Positions 58,059 through 64,000 of a stretch of DNA of 64,000 bases are shown one piece after another. Made by a program: the position numbers and the translations under genes. Below the pieces are notes generated by a model. It ran no database searches. It saw nothing but the letters and a program-made list of their open reading frames with translations, and was not told the origin of the DNA. Origin of the DNA: Candidatus Sungiibacteriota bacterium (lineage in GTDB: Bacteria > Patescibacteriota > Minisyncoccia > Sungbacterales > SURF-37); assembly GCA_016186145.1 (NCBI GenBank), contig JACPMF010000007.1, positions 19,302-83,301 of the forward strand, given 5' to 3'. Each line of letters begins with the position of its first letter. Position 1 is the first letter of the stretch.

Positions 58059-58274
58059 TCATCTTAGGTTTCTAAGCGACTTCAATAGTTTCCCATCGCC
58101 CCTTCTTAGTTCTTTACGGCTTTCTTCAAGCTCTTCGGCAAGCTTACCCTCCATCCAGAGGCGGATGAGCATGCGAAAGAACTCACTTTTACTGGAAAAA
58201 TTGCCGCTTTTAACGTTTTCTTCTACCGCCTTCACCATTTTTTCAGGCAAAGAAAGATTTATGATATTTCTCAT
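58059..58274 (-). CDS. Ribbon-helix-helix antitoxin
   Basis: INLSLP..S.SEFFR..IR; upstream of the toxin. Confidence 0.85.
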   Translation of the reverse strand: MRNIINLSLPEKMVKAVEENVKSGNFSSKSEFFRMLIRLWMEGKLAEELEESRKELRRGDGKLLKSLRNLR

Positions 58275-58403
58275 ATTTTTAGTTTATTAACTGTAATAAT
58301 TTATATTACAATTATAAGCGCTACGCAACCTGTGTCAAATCAACAACCGTACTAATATAAATGCGGCACGGGCAGTGTCGCACTGAGAACCAAATCGCTT
58401 CTT

Positions 58404-58745
58404 CTATGCGTCTCCTACAGAAAAAGCCAGCTTTGTCTCGGAGAAATGTATTCCGCAATCATGCATAACGCGCGCCAACCCGCGAAGTGCTTCAGCAATT
58501 TTTCTCTTTTCGCCAGTAGTCGGCTCTTTGTTTCCATAAAAACTTACCTCAACCACGGGGAAGATAAAACTTCCTGTGTTGAATTCATACTTCTTTAGGG
58601 CTGCGGCAATTCCCTGCTTTCTTTCGGATGGCACATCTTTACTAAGCCACGCCGTAACCTCGCCAGGAAGGCCGAAACCAAAAGTTACTATCTCCGAGAA
58701 GCCCTCGCGGACTTTGAAAACACCCGCTGTGTCTATGTGGGACAT
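58404..58745 (-). CDS. Hypothetical protein
   Basis: AGGAGG SD, 113 aa. Confidence 0.6.
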   Translation of the reverse strand: MSHIDTAGVFKVREGFSEIVTFGFGLPGEVTAWLSKDVPSERKQGIAAALKKYEFNTGSFIFPVVEVSFYGNKEPTTGEKRKIAEALRGLARVMHDCGIHFSETKLAFSVGDA

Positions 58746-58865
58746 AAAGCCCTCCTGTATTCAGTTTATTTTCAAACAACGGTAAGTATAAACAAAAATA
58801 CTATACAAATAGTTTAGAAACAACCGCCCGTTCATATTTTTGCCGCAAGGCCGTATAATAAGCCT

Positions 58866-60533
58866 ATGCCTATTTTTGAAGAGGAAAAACAAAAAAAGAA
58901 AATTGCGGGCCTCTGGCGCCAAGAGGAAGAGGAAACAACAAAACTGCTTTCTGAAAAATATAAAGTCTCCTATTTGAACCTCGCAATAACGCCCATAAAC
59001 ACCGAAGCATTGAAAATCGTGCCTGAAGAAGAGTCGCGCCGGGCAGGACTTGCGGTCTTCCAAAAAATCGGGAAACGGCTTGAGATTGCCGTCGGCGGAC
59101 CAGACAGATCGGAAACTGTCGCCGCCCTCAAAAAACTCGCCAACGACGGATATGCCTATACCCTCCATCTTGTCTCAAAAACCAGTCTTGAGCACGCGTG
59201 GGGTTTTTTTAAACAGATCGCGGAACGCGGGGATGCCATTACCGGCCACATCCAAATCTCTGACGCTCGCCTCGAAGAATTTCAAAAAAGCCTTGCAACG
59301 CTCAAAGACCTTCAGGGGCTCCTCCACGAAATTGGGACAAAACGCACCACCGACACCCTGGAATTGATCATCGCGGGCGCCCTGAAAACAGACGCCTCGG
59401 ACATACACATAGAGCCGCAAGAAGAAATTGCCAGGATTCGATACCGCCTGGACGGAGTGTTGCATGACGCGGCAGACATCCCTACCGCCGTTTACAAACC
59501 GCTTCGCTCCCGAATCAAACTCATCTCCGAACTAAAACTCAACATAACCGCCAAAGGACAAGACGGGAGATTTACCATAAAAAGCGCCGGAACAGAAACA
59601 GAAGTCAGAACCTCCACCCTCCCGGGTCCCTACGGAGAAAACATTGTAATGCGAATCCTCTCCCCAAAAGCGATCGCGATGAAATTTGAAGATCTCGGCA
59701 TGCAATCGTGGGCAAGAGAACAAATGGAGCGCGAGCTGAAAAAACCAAACGGTATGATCCTTGCAACGGGGCCGACCGGATCGGGGAAAACAACAACACT
59801 CTACGGCTTTCTGAAAAAAATCCACTCACCGGACATCAAAATCGTCACGATTGAAGACCCTATCGAATACCATTTAACCGGCATTGAACAAACACAGGTA
59901 GAACCGGAACACGGATACGATTTTGCTTCAGGGCTTCGCTCCATCATCCGCCAGGATCCCGATGTCATCCTTGTCGGCGAGATTCGCGACCTGGAAACAG
60001 CAGAAACGGCAATGCACGCCTCCCTCACCGGCCATCTTGTCTTCTCCACCCTGCATACCAACAGTGCCGCAGGGACAATCCCGCGCCTTTTAGACATCGG
60101 CGTCAAACCGACCATCATTGCCCCGGCCGTAAATATCGCCATGGCGCAACGGCTTCTCCGCCGGCTCTGCACGGCATGCAGCGTAAAAGGGCCGGCAACC
60201 GCAGAAGAACGCAAAACAATAGCAGCGGAATTTGCTCTGTTTCCTCCTAAAATTAAAAAACCGGACATCCGCGAACTGGAACTTTCCCGAGCCACAGGGT
60301 GCCAGGCATGCAATCTCACCGGTTACAAAGGCAGAACCGGCGTTTACGAAATAATCCTCATCGACGATGCCATGGAAGCCCTCATCTTCAAGGACCCGTC
60401 TGAAGCAACAATAAAAAAAGCCGCCTTTGAACAGGGGCAGATCACTATGCGCCAAGACGGAATACTAAAAATCGTAGCCGGCGTCACAGACCTCGCTGAG
60501 CTAGAACGAGTAGTCGGCGGTGCAACAATGTAA
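58866..60533 (+). CDS. Type IV pilus/T2SS assembly ATPase (PilB/GspE)
   Basis: ASDIHIEP, GPTGSGKTT, EDPIE, RQDPD..VGEIRD, STLHTN, two CxxC. Confidence 0.95.
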   Translation: MPIFEEEKQKKKIAGLWRQEEEETTKLLSEKYKVSYLNLAITPINTEALKIVPEEESRRAGLAVFQKIGKRLEIAVGGPDRSETVAALKKLANDGYAYTLHLVSKTSLEHAWGFFKQIAERGDAITGHIQISDARLEEFQKSLATLKDLQGLLHEIGTKRTTDTLELIIAGALKTDASDIHIEPQEEIARIRYRLDGVLHDAADIPTAVYKPLRSRIKLISELKLNITAKGQDGRFTIKSAGTETEVRTSTLPGPYGENIVMRILSPKAIAMKFEDLGMQSWAREQMERELKKPNGMILATGPTGSGKTTTLYGFLKKIHSPDIKIVTIEDPIEYHLTGIEQTQVEPEHGYDFASGLRSIIRQDPDVILVGEIRDLETAETAMHASLTGHLVFSTLHTNSAAGTIPRLLDIGVKPTIIAPAVNIAMAQRLLRRLCTACSVKGPATAEERKTIAAEFALFPPKIKKPDIRELELSRATGCQACNLTGYKGRTGVYEIILIDDAMEALIFKDPSEATIKKAAFEQGQITMRQDGILKIVAGVTDLAELERVVGGATM

Positions 60534-60620
60534 CTCACAACCGACAACTTACAACCAACGACACGATGTGCATTGTTATAAGTTGTATGTTGTTCGTTGT
60601 CAGCCAACGAGATAGCGAGT

Positions 60621-60719
60621 CCTGTTAGAAAATTTACATTCGCCGAATTACAACAACCATTGCCATTGCAACTACTATTGGTTTACTTTTCACCGCACTA
60701 TATAAATTTTCTAACGGGG
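60621..60719. repeat. Stand-alone inner IR unit (MITE-like)
   Basis: CCTGTTAGAAAATTT...AAATTTTCTAACGGGG, same termini as the inner unit of copies A-D. Confidence 0.7.
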
Positions 60720-60720
60720 C

Positions 60721-60886
60721 GGGCGCCACTCACCTCTGGGCAATACTCCGGTTTGGGAACACGGAGGCCAGGATTTCCTCGTGGTATACCTCAGTACGCC
60801 ACAAGGACAACCAAAGTACCCTGACGGTAAAAAATCCCCATTAAGGCCCTTCGAGAACCTTAATTGCCCAGAGATGGCTGGCGCCC
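60721..60886 (-). ncRNA. Candidate structured ncRNA (possibly 6S RNA)
   Basis: Long closing helix GGGCGCCA..CTCTGGGCAAT / ATTGCCCAGAG..TGGCGCCC with inner hairpins; G-U pairs favour the minus strand; TATACT at 60911-60906. Confidence 0.5.
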
Positions 60887-60972
60887 TACCGCGCAAGAAC
60901 TAAAAAGTATACATTATCAAAAGGAGGAACGCCCTCCTTTCATTGGTCTTATTATAGCAGATGATGTAAAAA

Positions 60973-61980
60973 ATGTCAACTGACCCCCAAAAGATAAAAA
61001 AAGAAGACGGATCTCTCGACGCCTCATTACGGCCCCAGCGCTGGGATGAATACATCGGCCAGGAACGAACCAAAGAAAATTTGAAAATACTGCTCGGAGC
61101 CGCCAAAAAACGCGGGGATCCCGTGGAGCACGTTCTTCTCTACGGTCCCGCCGGGCTCGGCAAAACCAGTTTATCTCACCTTATCGCACGGGAAATGAAC
61201 ACGAATATCCGCGTTACATCGGGTCCGGCAATTGAGCGAGTCGGCGACCTTGCGTCAATTCTTACAAACCTCCTCCCGCACGACATCCTTTTTATCGACG
61301 AAGCCCATCGGTTGAATAAGCTCATTGAGGAAGTCCTTTACCCGGCGATGGAAACAAGAACCATAGACATCATCATCGGCAAGGGCCCTTCTGCAAGAAC
61401 GATCCAAATAGAGCTCCCCCCGTTCACCCTTATTGCCGCAACAACCAGAATCGGCCTTCTTTCTTCGCCCCTCCGCTCGCGCTTCGGCGTCACTTTCCGA
61501 CTGGATTTTTATAGTAAAGAAGAAATAAATAAAATTCTCCGCCGATCGGCAAACCTTTTAAAAACAGAGATCAACGAGCCGGCCCTCCAAATAATCGCCG
61601 CTGCCTCCCGCTCAACACCAAGAGTTGCAAACCGGCTCTTAAAACGAGTCCGCGACTATGCGGAAGTGCACGCAAACGGCATTATCACAGAAAAAGAGGC
61701 CGCAGCCGCCCTAAAACTCCTGCAAATAGACGAGCTCGGCCTCGAACCGGCAGACCGGCGGATCCTCGAAACCATCATCAACAAATTTAGCGGCGGGCCC
61801 GTCGGGATCCAAACACTCGCCGCCGCAACGTTTGAAGAAGAAGAAACAATCGAGGAAGTATACGAACCATACCTCATGCAGCTTGGTTTCATTGAACGGA
61901 CTCCGCGCGGCAGAGTTGCAGCCGCTCGCGCTTATGAACATCTGGGAGTTAGTTTACCAAGGCAAAACAACCTAATCTAA
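60973..61980 (+). CDS. ruvB: Holliday junction helicase RuvB
   Basis: [38 protein letters not shown]. Confidence 0.98.
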   Translation: MSTDPQKIKKEDGSLDASLRPQRWDEYIGQERTKENLKILLGAAKKRGDPVEHVLLYGPAGLGKTSLSHLIAREMNTNIRVTSGPAIERVGDLASILTNLLPHDILFIDEAHRLNKLIEEVLYPAMETRTIDIIIGKGPSARTIQIELPPFTLIAATTRIGLLSSPLRSRFGVTFRLDFYSKEEINKILRRSANLLKTEINEPALQIIAAASRSTPRVANRLLKRVRDYAEVHANGIITEKEAAAALKLLQIDELGLEPADRRILETIINKFSGGPVGIQTLAAATFEEEETIEEVYEPYLMQLGFIERTPRGRVAAARAYEHLGVSLPRQNNLI

Positions 61981-62088
61981 GGCAGTAATCAACGAAATAC
62001 AAATCTGTTGCGAATATACGAATCGCGCGCGATAAATTATTCGTAAATTCGTAATAAATTCGTTATTCGCTGATAGAGCGGAGCGAAC

Positions 62089-62289
62089 ATGATTTTAATT
62101 CTCGCCTCAATTTTTTCTCTCTTCGCGCTTGTTTACGCACTCATTGCCGGCGCAGTCCTTTATCATCTATGGCACTACACCCTCCCTGGCTGGACCGCGG
62201 CAAGATTTGTTGTTCCGACATTCCTGGTTATTTCGACATTTTTCTTTATCCTCGCCGCATATTTCCTTTTCAGTACGTCAGCGGGATAG
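62089..62289 (+). CDS. Small two-TM protein
   Basis: Hydrophobic 66-aa ORF, co-directional. Confidence 0.6.
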   Translation: MILILASIFSLFALVYALIAGAVLYHLWHYTLPGWTAARFVVPTFLVISTFFFILAAYFLFSTSAG

Positions 62290-62316
62290 AATCAGCATCT
62301 ATCCGCTTCTAGATTT

Positions 62317-62850
62317 ATGCTAACTCTAGAACCAAACGAACAAATTCTCATGGTTATCCGCAGGCATTGGTACGCGCTTTTTCGGCACGCCGCGGTAATC
62401 ACTACCCTGGCCGTACTGCCGGCAATATTCTATATTCTGAACGGAGAAGCTGATACGCTTTCCAGAATCTCCGACCGTGATTTGGGACCGGCCATAAATT
62501 TCTTTTTCAGTCTGTACGCGCTCGGCCTGACCCTTTACGCATTTACGGTGTGGGCAGACTATTACCTCGATGTCTGGATCATAACCAACAGGCGGCTTAT
62601 CGATGTTGAACAGCACGGCCTTTTTTCAAGAACCATATCGGAACTGCCGATGGAAAAAATACAAAATGTGACGCTGGAAATTCACGGCCTTATGGCAACA
62701 ATCCTTCATTTCGGTAACTTGAAGGTTGAAACCGCATCGCGATCAACATTCGTCATCCGTGACGCCCCGCATATGTATAAAGCAAAAGGGCTGATTCTGA
62801 AATATGCGCATCAAAGCAGTGAACAAGCGGAACTAAGAACCAGGAGCTAA
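62317..62850 (+). CDS. Bacterial PH-domain membrane protein
   Basis: RRHW, ITNRR.ID.EQ.GLF.R, IQ.V, FG.L.VETA. Confidence 0.8.
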   Translation: MLTLEPNEQILMVIRRHWYALFRHAAVITTLAVLPAIFYILNGEADTLSRISDRDLGPAINFFFSLYALGLTLYAFTVWADYYLDVWIITNRRLIDVEQHGLFSRTISELPMEKIQNVTLEIHGLMATILHFGNLKVETASRSTFVIRDAPHMYKAKGLILKYAHQSSEQAELRTRS

Positions 62851-62933
62851 AAACGAGGACAGGCTATGGCACTAAAAAAGCCGGTATCTACCGGCCTTAT
62901 TTTTAGAACTATTCGTATATTCGCGATTACTGC

Positions 62934-63974
62934 TTAAAAAGGATTTCTAGCCCCTCTTACTTCAAAGTGCACATGGCACCCGGTCGAATTTCCGGTAGAA
63001 CCTATAGTGCCAATCTGCAAACCCTGGCTAACCGCCTGACCAACACTCACCGAAACGTCTTTAAGGTGAGAATAGAGCGTCTGTGTTCCGTTTGGATGGC
63101 TAATCACGATATACCTCCCATACCCCCCATTCCACCCATCGGACCGCGCAAGAATTACCGTACCGCCGGCCGATGCGAAAACCGGAAGACCGCATGAATT
63201 TGCCAAGTCAACGCCATTCAATCCGTGTATCCCGCGGCTCTTTCTTCCTCCGGAGATTGGACGAATATAATAACTGTCATACGAGGGATACCGGCTGATT
63301 TCCGAAGTAAAACGCGATGGCCCGCTTGTCTCAACCGGCCGCCAATCAAATTCGCCATCAGGAATAACGAGAGTCGATCCGATCTCCAACAGCCCGTCAA
63401 AAGAAAGACCATTATAACTAAGAATATCCCCGATGTTTCCTCTGTATTTTTTCGCTATTGAGTCAATTGTGTCTCCCTTTTTCACTTCGATTTGGACGCC
63501 GGAAATCGGCAAAATGACCAACTGATCGCCGGGCTGTATGGCGCGCGGGTTAGTAAGATTATTCGCCCAGAGAAGAGTATTTAAACTGATACCAAAAGAC
63601 TTTGCGATGACCGACGGATTGTCCCCGCGCTTAACCGTGTAGATAAAAATCTGCCCCGCGGAATTCTCCCACGAAACAGTACCAAGAGGATTCAACGGAG
63701 CCACCACGGCACTATCCTGCACAAAGGTAAGACCGGAATCATCCGCCGCCTTCAGCTGCCTGCCGGACAAACCGGCAAGAGTCGACTCAAGAGCCGGAAC
63801 CGCAGCAGAGCCGATGGATGCCTGAGTCTCTCTTATAAAGAAACCGGAAGACTGCTCCTCGACAACCTGCTGCCGAGACGAGTACCCAAAGAACCCAAGG
63901 AAGTCAGAAAAAAAACCGGCGTTTGCCTTAACCGGGTAGCTGAAAAACATAACAAAACCAACAAGAACCGCCAC
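62934..63974 (-). CDS. LysM x2 plus M23 peptidase
   Basis: YTVKRGD, H..NGVD, YSHL, STG.HVHFEV; start may lie beyond the window end. Confidence 0.92.
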   Translation of the reverse strand: MAVLVGFVMFFSYPVKANAGFFSDFLGFFGYSSRQQVVEEQSSGFFIRETQASIGSAAVPALESTLAGLSGRQLKAADDSGLTFVQDSAVVAPLNPLGTVSWENSAGQIFIYTVKRGDNPSVIAKSFGISLNTLLWANNLTNPRAIQPGDQLVILPISGVQIEVKKGDTIDSIAKKYRGNIGDILSYNGLSFDGLLEIGSTLVIPDGEFDWRPVETSGPSRFTSEISRYPSYDSYYIRPISGGRKSRGIHGLNGVDLANSCGLPVFASAGGTVILARSDGWNGGYGRYIVISHPNGTQTLYSHLKDVSVSVGQAVSQGLQIGTIGSTGNSTGCHVHFEVRGARNPF

Positions 63975-64000
63975 CGCCGCGGCCTTATAATCCCATCGTT

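Noticed and set aside
1-64000. CRISPR array, rRNA, prophage, IS transposase, DGR
   Set aside because: No regularly spaced direct repeats, rRNA motifs, phage structural genes, integrase, transposase or reverse transcriptase recognised; the four-helix-bundle gene alone does not indicate a DGR.

Overview
A 64-kb chromosomal segment of a small-genome bacterium. Gene content and style (M16 peptidase, homodimeric GlyRS, FemAB plus MurE, DUF5671/DUF192/DUF458-type genes, PilB, many housekeeping genes without a clear Shine-Dalgarno) suggest Patescibacteria/CPR, Parcubacteria-like; this is inference. Genetic code 11 (uvrB ends in TGA). It carries housekeeping genes (tatD, metG, glyS, trmH, murE, ruvA, uvrB, rpsT, holA, polA, tsaE, ruvB), tRNA-Lys(CTT), four toxin-antitoxin pairs and a 2-oxoacid:ferredoxin oxidoreductase operon. 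An accessory block at about 41.5-56.3 kb holds two SBP-OmpA fusions, a vWA lipoprotein, PPK2, TelA with a partner, a NitT/TauT ABC transporter, a RaSEA-like radical SAM enzyme, an ARC/Mpa-like ATPase and a 2OG-Fe dioxygenase. The most unusual signal is non-coding. (i) A GIY-YIG gene sits in the loop of a two-armed palindrome that also occurs empty at 440-529 with covarying stems, and it is followed by a second, synonymously diverged copy of the uvrB 3' end. (ii) A composite structured element occurs four times; it always ends at an ATG and in three cases fills the whole gap from the upstream stop codon. (iii) Palindromic and heptamer repeats are inserted in-frame in at least seven conserved genes. 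(iv) There is a candidate ~170-nt ncRNA. No CRISPR array, rRNA, integrase or transposase was seen. All protein calls come from motif recognition, not database searches.
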